A DNA stretch of 64,000 bases from Mobula hypostoma (taxonomy: Eukaryota). The notes under the pieces are model-generated. The model saw only the letters and a list, made by a program, of their open reading frames with translations. It was not told where the DNA came from and made no database searches. The stretch spans positions 2,790,001 to 2,854,000 of the forward strand of contig NC_086098.1 in NCBI RefSeq assembly GCF_963921235.1. Reading direction: 5' to 3'. Below, piece after piece: positions 10,575 through 21,906 of the stretch (the stretch's first letter is position 1; the number at the start of each line of letters is the position of its first letter). The translations under genes and the position numbers were made by a program.

Positions 10575-12560
10575 CCATAAGATATTCGAACAGAATTAGG
10601 CCATTTGGCCCATTGAGTCTGCTCTACCATTTCATCATGGCTGATCCAATTTCCCTCTTAGCCCAAATATCTTCTGCCTTCTCTTTGTATCCTTCCATGC
10701 CCTGACCAATCAAGAATCTATCAAACTCTGCTTAATTATACATAAAGACTTGGCCTCCACAGCTGTCTGTGGCAAAGAAGTCCACAGATTCACCACTCTC
10801 TGGCTAAAGAAATTCCTCTTCATCTCCTTTGTAAAAGGACGTCCCTCTTTTCTGAGGCTGTGTCCCCCTGGTCTTAGACTCTCCCACCATAGGAAACATC
10901 CTCTCCACATCTATCCTATCGAGGCCATTTGATAGGTTTCAATGAGGTCACCCTCATTCTTCTGAATTCTAGTGAACACAGGCCCAGAGCCATCAAACAT
11001 TCTTCATATGATAAGCCATTCAATCCTGGAATCATTTTTGTGAACCCGCTTCAAGCCCTCTCCAGTTTCAGCACATCCATTCCCAGATAAGGGGTCTGAA
11101 ACTGCTCACAATACTCCAAGTGAGGTCTCATCAGTGCTTTATAAAGTCTCAACATTACATCCTTGCTTTTATATTCTAGTCCTCTTGAAATGAATGCTAA
11201 CTTTGCACCTCAGATTTTTGTATTTTCTCTCCATTTAGAAAATAGTGAACCCTTTCATGAGCATGACCATACAGTTCCTGGCACTGTATTCTAACAGCCT
11301 TTTCATTGCCCATTCTCTGAAACTAGGTCCTTCTGTAGCCTCTTTACTTCCTCAAAACTACCTACCCCTCCACCTCTCTTCACATCATCTGGAAACTTCG
11401 CAACAAAACCATCAACTCCATCATCCAAATCACTGACATATACTGTAAAAAGAATTGGTCCCAACACAGACCCCTGTAGAACAGTACTGGTCACCACCAG
11501 CCAGCCAGAAAAGGTTTTCTTTATTCCCACTCTTTACCTACTGCCAATCAGCCACTGCTTTATCCATGCTGGAATCTTTCCTATAATACCATGGGCTCGT
11601 AGTTTGTTAAGCAGCCTCATGTGTGGCACCTTGTTAAAGGCCTTGAGAAAATCCAAGTACACAACATCAAACAGTTTCCTTTGTCTATCCTGCTTGTTAT
11701 TTCTGCAAATAATTCTAACAGATTTGTCAGCCAAGATTGTCCCTTGAGGATACCATGCTGATTGTGGCCTATTTTACTACGTGCCATACCCTGAGACCCC
11801 ATTCTTAATAATCGACTCCAACATCTCCCCAACCACTGAGGTTAGACTAACTGGCCTATAGTTTCTTTGCATCTGCCTCTCTCCCTTTTTTAAGAGTGGG
11901 GTGACATTTGAAATTTTCCAGTATTCTGGAACCATTCCAGAATCTAGTAATTCTTGAAAGATCATTACTAATGCCTCCACAATCTTTTTAGCCACCTCTT
12001 TCAGAACTCTGGGAGATACACCATCTGGTCCAGGTGACTTATCTGCCTTCAGACCTTTCTGTTTTCCAAGAACCTTCTTTCTACTTATGATAACTTCACA
12101 CACTTCATGCCCCTTACACCTGGAACATCCACCATTCTGTTGGTGTCTTCCACAGTAAAAACTGATGCAAAATACTTATTCAGTTCATCTGCTATTTCAT
12201 TGTCGTACCCCCCCCCCCCCCCCGTATTACCTCTCCAGCATCATCTTCCTCCAGTGAAGATGTATCTAAATAATCTTTTGGTATCCTCTTTAAGGAACAG
12301 CAACTTTCGAAGCCAATAGATGTGCAGAATTAGAAGAAAAGAGAAGAAAATGGAAAGAGAGGCAGCAACAACCAAAGCCTGATCTGCCATCTGGAACTAC
12401 CTGTCCTGAATGCGGAAGAACTTTCAAACCCAAGATTGGACTCATAAGCCACTTGAGAGCCCATAAGTAGATCAACAGAACGAAGACCATCATCCTTGAC
12501 CTCGAGGGATAGTCACAACGACGACGACGAATATTATTGTCTAGCTTACTTCTGTATTTA
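10575..12560 (-). mobile_element. CR1 LINE fragment (RT region to 3'UTR), interrupted by an RTE insertion
   Basis: KSPGPDG, NYRPVSLTS, YLDFLKAFNKVPH and QGSVLGP motifs in minus-strand ORFs; CR1 sequence resumes at about 12531. Confidence 0.9.
12293..12530 (+). mobile_element. RTE-clade LINE 3' end with C2H2 zinc finger and (ACG)n tail
   Basis: Manual translation GTATFEANRCAELEEKRRKWKERQQQPKPDLPSGTTCPECGRTFKPKIGLISHLRAHK*, then a short 3'UTR and ACGACGACGA. Confidence 0.82.
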
Positions 12561-13557
12561 TTAATTCTAGGGAAAAATAATTTGCAATATGGACAATTTT
12601 GTTTTCTCTGAGTGCAGAATAGTCCTCTCATTACATATCTTTGAATGGTGGCATGGTAGCACAATCTGTGTTTGATTTCAGCCACTGTTTGTAAGTAATT
12701 TGGTCAATGATGATAACCCAATTCCAATTCTTCCGCCTGTCTCCATCTGCCAGTTTCCATGCTTGTCTCCAGCTAACACTTACTTGTCTTTGTCTATCAA
12801 CCTCACCCCTCGTCTTCCATGACCTGACTAGTTCAGTCCATCTTCCTAACCCCTGCTCAGTCCATCTACCAGCTCCTATCTTACTCGTCCCAATCAGGCC
12901 ACCCTCCCTCTGTATTCTCAAGGCCCTGACCCAAATACTTGACAATTCCTCTGCTCTTCACAGATGCTTTCGGAACCATTGAATTCCTTCCGCAATTTAG
13001 AGTTATAGAGTCAGGGAAAAGTACAGCACAGAACAGTGCATTCGGCCCATCTAGTCCATGTTGAAACCATTTAAACTGCCTACTCCCATTGGCCTGCACC
13101 GGGACCATGGCCCTCCGTATCCCTCCCATCCACATACCTATCAAAACTTCTCTTAAATGTTGAAATCAGGCACTTGTGCTGGCAGCTCATTCCACACTCT
13201 CACCACCCTCAGAGTGAAGACATTTCCCCTCATGTTCACCTTAAATTTCTCACATTTCTCCCTTAACCCATGACCTCTGGTTGTAGTCCCACCCAACCTC
13301 AGTGGAAAAAGCCTGCTTTCGTTGCCCTATCTATACCTTTCATAATATTGTAACCTCTATCAAATCTCCACCCCATCTCCTACGTTCTGTAGAATACAGT
13401 CCTAACCTATTCCATTTTTTCTTATAACTCAGCCTCTCCACATCTGGCAACATCCTTGTAAATTTTCTCTGTAGTCTTTCATCCTTGTTTGCTTCCTTCT
13501 TGTGGGTAGGTAGCCAAATCTGCATGCACTACTCCAACATCTATGGAAAAGAGTAAC

Positions 13558-13595
13558 CAGTCAAGATTTTGGGCCAATACCCTTCATCAGGACTG
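13558..13595 (-). ncRNA. Minimal type I hammerhead ribozyme motif (degenerate, GAAA to AAAA)
   Basis: cagtc-CTGATGA-agggtattggccc-AAAA-tct-tgactg; stems I and II are recognisable. Confidence 0.65.
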
Positions 13596-15289
13596 GTAAA
13601 AAAGTCAGCGTAAGAAGGTGGGGTGAGTGGAGGAAGAAGTACAAGGAGGTAGGTGATAGGTGAAGCTGGGAGAAGGGAGGGGTGAAGTAAAGAGATGGGA
13701 AGTGGATTGGTGAAAGAGATAAGGGGCTGGAGAAGGGAGAATCTGATAACAGAGGATAGAAGGAGGAGGAGCACCAGAGGGAGGTGACGGGCAGGTAAGG
13801 AGATAAGGTGAGAGAGGGAATCGGGAATGGGGAGCGGTGATGGAGGTGGGAGCATTACCGGAAGTTCAAAAATTGATGTTCAAGCCATCAGGTTGGAGGC
13901 TACCCAGACGGAAAATAAGATATTGCTCCTCCAACATGAGTGTGGCTTCATCATCAGAGAGGATGCCGTTTACTGACATCACTCCCCAACTTTTTTACTC
14001 TACATTGATAACTGCATTGGGGCTGCTTCCTGCACCCATGCTGAGCTCATCAAATTCATCAACTTTGCCTCCAGCCCACCCTGCCCTCAAGTTACCTGGT
14101 CTATTTCCAACACCTCTTTCCTCTTTCTGGATCTCTCCATCTCTATCTCTGGAGACAGTTTATCTCCTGATTCTTTTCATAAACTCACAAACTCTCACCT
14201 GAACTATACCTCTTCCCACCCTGTCACTTGTAAAAATGCTATCCCCTTCTCTCATTTCCTCCGTCCCCTCCGCATCTGCTCTCAGGATAAGGCTTTTCAT
14301 TCCAGAACTAAAGAGATGTCCTCCTTCTTCAAAGAAAGAGGCTTGCCTTCCTCCACCATCAATGCTGCCCTCACCCCATCTCTTCCATTTTGCACACATC
14401 TGCTCTCACTCCTGCCTGTCCTCCCTCCACCCCACTAGAGATAGGGTTCCTCTTGGCCTCACCTATCACCCCACTAACCTCTGCGCCCAGCACATAAGTC
14501 TCTGTAACTTTCAACATTTCCAATGGGATGCCACCACCGAGCACATCTTTTCCTCCTCCATGACTCCCGCACCCCCATTTCTGCATTCTGCAGTGACTCC
14601 TCCTTTCGTGCCTCCCCACTGACTCCCTCATGATCCTTATCCTTGCAACTGCAACAAGCATCACACCTGCCCCAACACCTGCTCCCTCATTACCGATCAG
14701 GGCCCCAAACAGTCCCTCCTGGAGAGCTGACACTTCACCTGTGAGCCTACTGGTGTCATCTACAGTATCCAATGCTCCCGATGTAGCTTTTTGTATATCG
14801 GAGTGACCTGATGTAAATTGGGAGACCACTTTGCCACCAGAAAATCCGGGATCTCCCGGTGGCCACCCATTTCTATTCCACTTCCCATTCCTATTCCATT
14901 CCCTCCTCTACTATCGTGATGAGGCCACACTCAAGTTGGAGGAGCAACACCTTTTATTCAGTCTGGATGACCTCCAACCTGTGCCATGAATATCAATTTC
15001 TCAAACTTCCATTAATGGCACCCCTCTCTCCTTCACCATTCCTCATTCCCATTTCACTCTCTCATCTTAACTCCTTTCCTGCCCATCACCTCCCTCCCCC
15101 TTCACTTTCTTCCATGGTCTTCTGTCCTCTCCTATCCCACTCTCCCTTCTCCAGGCCTTTACCTCTTTCACCAATCAACTTCTCAGCTCTTTACTTCACC
15201 CGTCCCCCTCTGCTGGTTTTACCTATCACCTTTTACTGCTTCCTCCCCCGCCCCCCGTCACCTCCTTACTCTGACTTCTCATCATTTTC

Positions 15290-15327
15290 CAGTCCTGATG
15301 AAGGGTCTCATCTCAAAATGTTGATTG
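15290..15327 (+). ncRNA. Minimal type I hammerhead ribozyme motif (degenerate)
   Basis: cagtc-CTGATGA-agggtctcatctc-AAAA-tgtt-gattg within the Penelope pLTR. Confidence 0.6.
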
Positions 15328-16492
15328 ACTACTTTTTTCAATAACACTACCTGGCCTGCCGAGTTCTTCCTGCATTCATGCATTTTATTTGGATTTCCAG
15401 CATCTGCGTATCGTGACACAATACTTCAGATTAGGCCTCACCAATTTCTTAAACAGCTTCAACATAACATCTCATTTGCTGTACTCAATATATTGATTTA
15501 CGAAGGCCAATGTGCCAAAAGTTTTCTTTACGATCCTGTCTACCCATGACATCACTTTCAATGAAATATGTGTCTGTATTCCTAGCTCCCTTTGTTCTAC
15601 CACACTCCTCAGTGCCCTGCTATCACTGTGTAGAACCTATCCTGGATGGTCCTACCAAAGTGCAAAACCTTTCACTTGTCCGTAGTAAATTAAATCTACC
15701 ATTTTTCAGCCCATTTTTCCAGCTGTTGCAGATCCCTCCATGATGGCCTTGATAGCCCTACTCACTATCCACTACACCCCCAATCTTAGTGTCATCTGCA
15801 AATCTGCTAATCGAGTTAATCATATTATCATCCAGATCATTGATATAAATGTCAAACAACAATGGACTCAACACCGATCCCTGCAGCACACCACTAGTCA
15901 CAGGCCTCCAGTCAGAGAGGCAACCCTCTACTACCACTCTCTGGCTTCTCCCACAGAGCCAATGTATAATCCAGTTTATATTTGTATTTATTTTATTTTT
16001 TTTTGTATTTCCTACATCATCTTAAATGCTGAATGAATAAACCTTCTTGACCAGTCTCCCATGTGGGAGCTTGTCAAATTCCATGCAGACAACTGCCTTG
16101 CCTTTATCAACTTTCCTGGTAACTTCCTTGAAAACTGTATAAGATTGGTTCGAAATGACCTACCATGCACCAAGCTGTGCTGACTATCCTTAATCAGTCC
16201 ATCTCTATGCAAATATATCTGGTCCCTTAGAATACCTTCCAATAACTTTCCCACAATTGCTGTCAGACTCACCAGCCTATAACTTCCTGGTTTCTGTTTA
16301 GAGCCTTTTTAAAACTTTGTCTATCCTCCAATCCTGCAGTTCGATGGATGAACTGGTTTTCATGAAATCATAGTCCTGTTCAAAAACATTACATGTAAAG
16401 TACATCTACTGGGTTCCTGTGCTTTATGCAAATTGCAGACTCAGTCAAACAACTTAAAGTTCAAAGTAAATTTATTATAAAGTACAGACATG

Positions 16493-16906
16493 TGTATTGA
16501 TCTGCAATGGCAATGTAGGAACCCAAGTGCAGAGAAAAGACAGATTCTGGTGTAGAGATGGCAACCAGAGTTTGTTCATAATGATTCCAACTGAACAACG
16601 ATGTCTCGGCTGAGCGAAACCGCAAGAAGTAACATTCCCAAAAGTAGGACCCTGCGAATAGCGCTAATCAGGCGTCCACTTAAATAATACAAATGACATG
16701 GAATCCCTGGGCCTATCAAAATGAATCTAAGTTAAAACAGAAAACACTAGGAAACTACAAAGAGCGGGTTGCTCAAGAAAAAAACACATGTAATGCTAAA
16801 CAATTAATGACACTCGTTAGACAATAATTAATCAATTCAGGTACTCTAAAAACCTTGGAGCCCAATGGTTTCCTGCTTCCTGCACAAGCCCGAAGAGCTC
16901 ATTACA
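16493..16906. mobile_element. Probable solo LTR
   Basis: TG...CA ends with 9/11 terminal inverted match (TGTATTGATCT / AGCTCATTACA); interrupts a recurrent Rex-tail repeat; TSD unclear. Confidence 0.6.
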
Positions 16907-17707
16907 TTGTTACCATATACAACACTGAGATCCATTTTCTTGCAGGCATTCATAGTAGAACAGAGAAAAACAATAGAATCAAAGAAAAACTGCACAGAAA
17001 CAAAAACTGACTAACAATGTGCAAAAGACGAACTGTGGAAAAATAAATTAAAACTAATAGATAGATAGACAGAGAGACAGATAGATAAATTGAAAAATGA
17101 TAAATAAAATCAGTTCCCTGTTGAGTTGAATGAAGTTACTGGTCCAGAAGCCTAATGGTTGAATATTCAATCAATTTATCACTCAAAACCCAACTCAATA
17201 TGCCCCAGGTAAGGAACAACTCTTTAAAATTTGAGAATAGGTGAAGAATTTACAATAAAAACTGGATCTTTCTTCCAGGTGAAGGACAGATGGCAACAGA
17301 TATTACAGCAAAAATAGATAAAAAAAAGGTATCTCTAGGGTGTTGTGGCAGTGACGGCACATGCCCTATGCTATGAATGGAAATGTCGATGTGGCCAGAA
17401 GTCACAGACAGCAGAGAGTGCTGAACATGAAGAAGAGCACAGGGACAGAAAGAGCAGCGACCAGGAGATGAGAGAGAGGTCAGGGAGCAAAAATAAGATA
17501 GACAGGTGCAAGACAGGTTGGGGGGGGGGAATAAATTGTGAAGGGAAACTTCAACAATCAGTTCAGAAGCAAGAGAAAATCAGAGGCTTTGAAAATTTAA
17601 AAAAGCACAAGAAACAAATTGGAAACTTATTTCAGCAGAACAAACAAAAACTTTAGAAGTTTTTCAATTGAAAAAGAAGTTTATTGTTGCAAATTGAGGG
17701 AAAGCTT

Positions 17708-17985
17708 GTATTTATTTTTTATTATTATTTAGCAATACAGCATGATGCAGACTCTTCCAGTCCAACGAGCCACACCGCCCAGCAAGCTACCTAACCACAG
17801 GACAATTTACAATGACCTATGAACCTAGTAACTGCTATGTCTTTGGACTGTGGGAGGAAACCGCAGCACCCGGGGTGAATCCAGGCGGCTCATAGGGAGA
17901 ATATATCAAGCCCTTGCAGGTGGTGCCAGAATGGAACTTCCAACTCTGATGCACCAAACTGTAATGAAGTTGGGATAAGCGCAAG
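17708..17985 (-). mobile_element. HE1-like V-SINE
   Basis: V-domain CTTTGGACTGTGGGAGGAAACC..AGCACCCG on the + strand; T-rich tail on the left. Confidence 0.75.
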
Positions 17986-18427
17986 TCTAAATCGCACAAA
18001 ATCTGAGAGAGCATGGAAGAAAGTCTGCATATTTAATAGGAGAGTAAGTACTGACAAAAATATTAGAATGGAAATGCAATAATAAACTGAAATTGAACCT
18101 GCCGTCAGAAAGATTAAAATTAATGTGAAAGATACTGATGTAATGATAAATAAGATTTAAATAAAATGAACAGTGAAAAAAAATTACTAATCATGGTGAA
18201 TAGTTATTTCCTGAGGGTTTTTTAAAATCATAGAGCAAACTGACAATGCACCATTCAAGATAAAATATAGATGTAAGGAAGGACTCGCAGGGGAAGTCAG
18301 TAGAGCTCAAAGCACGAGACACATTGAAGAAATTGAGGTGGAGATGTCAAAACTTTGAGGGAAAAGAAGCCAAGCATTCTGATTCCAAAACAACTCCTTA
18401 ACCTTCTAAAAAAAATTACCTCTCAGA

Positions 18428-18717
18428 GGTCACCAAGGTAGCGCAGCAGTTAGTGCGATACTGTTACAGCTCAGGGGTCAGGGTTCAGAGTTCAATACCG
18501 GTGTCCTCTGTAAGCAAGTTTATACGTTCCTTCCCGTGTGCGTATGGGTTTCCTCTCACAGTCCAAACACTCACTGATCAGAAGATTAATTGGTCATTGT
18601 CAATCGTCCCGTGAGTTGACTGGAGTTAAATCAATGTGCTGCTGGGAGGTGCAGCTCGAAGGGCAGGAGGGCCTGTTCCACGATGTGTCGCTAAATGAAT
18701 AAATAAATAAAAATAAA
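18428..18717 (+). mobile_element. HE1-like V-SINE with CR1-type tail
   Basis: tRNA-like head (GGTAGCGCAGCAGTTAG...GAGTTCAATACC), V-domain GGGTTTCCTC..CACAGTCCAAA, GAAGGGC...CCTGTTCC tail, (AATA)n. Confidence 0.82.
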
Positions 18718-18734
18718 GCAAAAGGAAATATGAT

Positions 18735-18865
18735 CAATCTTTAATGAAGGGTCTCGGCTTGAAACGTCGACTGTTTAGTTCCTTCTATGGATGCTGCCTG
18801 AACCAATGAGTTCCTCCAGCATGTGTTGTTCTGGATTTCCAGCATCTGTAGAATCTCTTGTGTTA
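18735..18865 (+). mobile_element. Penelope pLTR end with hammerhead motif (core CTGATGA mutated)
   Basis: ATGA-agggtctcggctt-GAAA-cgtc-gactg followed by GGATTTCCAGCATCTGTAGAATCTCTTGTG. Confidence 0.75.
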
Positions 18866-19511
18866 ATGAAATCAATTTTACTTAAATTCAAGACTGGACC
18901 AGGTTAGACAAAATTGTTGATAACTATGACACACACCACACTTGTGTAGTTAAATCTAATTTACCCACACCTTGCTATTATTAAATTTCTTTTTCAAAAT
19001 ATTAAATAAATTAGTTTTAATATAATTCATGGACTCATATTTCAACAAGGCTTTTGTTAATGATTTTGATATTATGTTAAATTTGAAAGGAAATGTGCAC
19101 ATGAAGCATGGAATGATCCACATGTTGCATGTATTCGCTTGATGGAAGACAAACTGGATTGCGTGTGTGCGTGTACTTTTGTCTGCCTTCTTCTGAGAAC
19201 TGCTTGTTCTTGCAACAACACCGATGAACCATCAGCTTGCAGGACAAAGTGAACTGAGCGACACATATTTTTGTTGTCTGACTGTATGTGACTGCTATCC
19301 TATATATGCTAAGAGTGTCGATGACGATTGGTACTGAGTATTGCATCTTGGCCTGGGAGGAATACTGTTTCGTTTGGCTGTATCCACGGGTATTCATGTA
19401 TGGTTGAATGACAATTAAACTTGAACAAAAATTTGTTTTTAGCACATAAGTGTTGTCGGGCTGCTTGTTCTGAAATTTCTGGCAAATCCGAGGTATAGTT
19501 AGCAAATGCCA

Positions 19512-19602
19512 ATTCTACAAAAGTACTCACCAATCACAGATCTACAAAAGTGACTCACAGATCACAGATCTACAAAAGTGACTCACCGCTCACAGATCTA
19601 CA
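19512..19602. repeat. Short tandem repeat of (CACAGATCTACAAAAGTGACT)-like units, about 3 copies
   Basis: Repeated units read directly. Confidence 0.75.
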
Positions 19603-19836
19603 GGTAAGTTTTTTATGCAGAGACTGATGAGTGCGTGGAATGGGCTGCTGGCGGCGGTGGTGGAGGCAGATACGATAGGGTCTTTTAAGAGACTCCTGGA
19701 TGGCTACATGGAGCTTAGAAAAATAGAGGGCTATGGGTAACCCTAGGTAGTTCTAAGGTAGGGACATGTTCGACACAGCTTTGTGGGCCGAAGGGCCTGT
19801 ATTATGCTGTATGTTTTCTATGTTTCTATGTTTCTA
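19603..19836 (+). mobile_element. CR1 3'UTR fragment
   Basis: Same 3'UTR as about 7860-8077 and 51440-51662; TTTCTATG tail. Confidence 0.88.
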
Positions 19837-19840
19837 AATA

Positions 19841-20584
19841 CAGTCGGCCCTCCTTATCCGCGAGGGTTTGGTTCCGAAACCCCTGCTGATACAAAAAAAC
19901 TCGGATGCTCAAGTTCCTTATTTAACCTGTCTCAGTGCGGATGGACTTTAGGACCCGGGGCAGCATAGGACCCGCCGCCCTCAGTGTTTCTGTTCCGTTG
20001 ACTTATAATACTCAATACATTGCAAATGTTATGTAAATAGTTGTTGTACTGTATTGTTTAGGGAATAATGACAAGAAAGAAAGTCTGTGCATGTTCAGGA
20101 CAGACACAACCATCGTAGCTCTTCTGGGAACGCTGATGCTGCCTCAGCATCAGCCGATGCCAATTCTCCCGCGATCTTTAAGTTCTTGAGGCTGTAGCGC
20201 TTTACACAGCTAGCCAGCCATCCCTAGCACTAACACTTCCACGAATTTCAGCTTCTTTCTGCTTTATTGACCGAATGCTCGATTCGTTCTTATCGACCTT
20301 ACGGCCCACTTCGGAATGCAACATGCCACTTTTCAAAAGATCTAATATTTCTAATTTCTCGGTGAGGGACAGCACTTTACGCTCCCTCTTAGCCTTTGAG
20401 GAATTGCTTTGACCACATAATTGCTTTTTAGGAGCCATTTTTTCACAGAAACAATGTAGCGAATGAACGAGACACTCAAACAATGCTCAAACAACGAGTG
20501 CTGGAGAGAGAAGTTTCAGGTTTTCCCGATTCGCGGTTGGTTGAATTCGCACATGCGGAACTCGCAGATAAGGAGGGTCGAATG
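19841..20584 (-). mobile_element. Internally deleted Tigger/pogo DNA transposon
   Basis: TIRs CAGTCGGCCCTCCTTATCCGCG and CGCAGATAAGGAGGGTCGAATG; TA on both sides; ORF 20202-20483 carries a CENP-B-type N-terminal HTH (RKVLSLTEKLEIL...NESSIRSI). Confidence 0.92.
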
Positions 20585-21295
20585 TACTCAAATGGCAGAA
20601 TAGTACAACCGTGGCTGGAAAGGGAAGTCAAAGCTAATGTAAAAGCAAAAGAGAGGGCATACAACAAAGCAAAACTTAGTGGGAAGACAGAGGATTGTGA
20701 AGCTTTGAAAATCCTACAGAGAGCAACTAAAAGAATCATTCGAAGGGAAAAGATGAAATATGAAAGAAAGCTAACAATCAATATCAAAGTGAATGGTAAA
20801 AGCTTCTTCAAGTACGAAAAAAATTAGAGAGATGAGAACAGATATAGGACCGCTAGAAAATGAGGCAGGAGAAATAATAATGGGGGCCAAGGAGATGGCA
20901 GATGAGCTAAATCAATATTTTGCATCAGCCTTCACTGTGGAAAACACTAGCAGTGTGCCAGATGTTGAAGGGTGTGAAGGAACAGAAGTGGGTGCAGCTA
21001 CTGTTACAAGCGAGAAGGAGCTCAAAAAGCTGAAAGACCTAAAGGTAGATAAGTCAGCCGGGCCAGATGAACTTCATCCTAGGGTTTTGAAAGACGTAGT
21101 GGTAGGGATTATGGAGACATTAGTTATGATATTTCAAAAATTATTTGACTCTGGCATGGTGCCAGAGGATTGGAAAATTGCAAATGTCACTCCACTCTTT
21201 AAGAAAGGAGGGATGCAACAGTAAGGAAATTATGGACCAGTTAGTCTGACCCCAGTGGTTAGGAAGATGTTGGAGTCAATTGTTAAGGATGAGGT

Positions 21296-21790
21296 GAAAA
21301 CGTTGTTGGTAGTATTTCAGATGGCGATGAGAGGGCGTACAGGAGCGAGATATACCAACTAGTGGAGCGGTGTCACAGCAACAATCTTACACTCAACGTC
21401 AGGAAGACGAAGGGACTGATTGTGGACTTCAGGAAGGGTTAGACGAAGGAACACATACCAATCCTCGTAGAGGGATCAGAAGTGGAGGGAGTGAGCAGTT
21501 TCAAGTTCCTGTGTGTCAAGATCTCTGAGGACCTAACCTGGTCCCAACATACTGATGCAGTTATTAAAAACGCATGACAGCATCTATACTTCATTCGGAG
21601 TTTGAAGAGATTTGGTTTGTCAACAAATACACTCAAAAACTTCTATAGATATACCGTGGAGAGCATTCGGACAGGCTGCATCACTGTCTGGTATGGCAGA
21701 GGGTGGGGTGATGGCTACTGCACGGGACCGAAAGAAGCTGCAGAGGGTCATAAATTTAGTCAGCTCCATCTTGGGTACTAGAATGTCTAG
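21296..21790 (+). mobile_element. Rex1/Babar LINE fragment
   Basis: NNLTLNVRKTKGLIVDFRK, SSFKFL..ISEDLTW and ESIRTGCITVW motifs. Confidence 0.85.
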
Positions 21791-21906
21791 TACAGAATGA
21801 GCTTTTGAGATTATAAGAACATAAGAAATAGGAACAGGAGTCGGCCATCTGGCCCATCGAGCCTGCCCTGCCATTCAATAAGATCATGGCTGATCTGTCC
21901 GTAAAC

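Larger units (their letters stand above)
13540..15407 (+). mobile_element. Penelope-like element: inverted partial pLTR (13540 to about 13970), then RT thumb, GIY-YIG and pLTR (+)
   Basis: HFTCEPTGVIYSIQCSRCSFLYIG (GIY-YIG) at about 14730-14805; RDRVPLGLTYHPTN linker; pLTRs in inverted arrangement, each with a hammerhead motif. Confidence 0.9.
13003..16335 (-). mobile_element. CR1 LINE fragment split by a Penelope element (13003-13538 and about 15415-16335)
   Basis: ORFs 13340-13525 and 16012-16272 are CR1-like; the sequence is continuous across the insertion. Confidence 0.85.

Noticed and set aside
12395..12470. Exon of a host C2H2 zinc-finger gene
   Set aside because: Single finger followed by an RTE 3'UTR and (ACG)n tail, inserted inside a CR1
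13541..15344. Pro/Ser/Leu-rich and Gly/Glu-rich ORFs
   Set aside because: Alternative-frame or antisense translations of the pyrimidine-rich Penelope sequence; the same applies to 53330-54327 and 59971-60475
17055..17090. (GATA/GACA)n run
   Set aside because: Ordinary short microsatellite within a Rex-type 3'UTR
19590..19615. Splice donor CAG|GTAAGT
   Set aside because: Created at the junction of a tandem repeat and a truncated CR1 whose consensus reads GGTAAGTTTTTT; no upstream acceptor found
20202..20483. Host TIGD or CENP-B gene
   Set aside because: Lies between TIRs with TA duplication and is truncated after the first HTH
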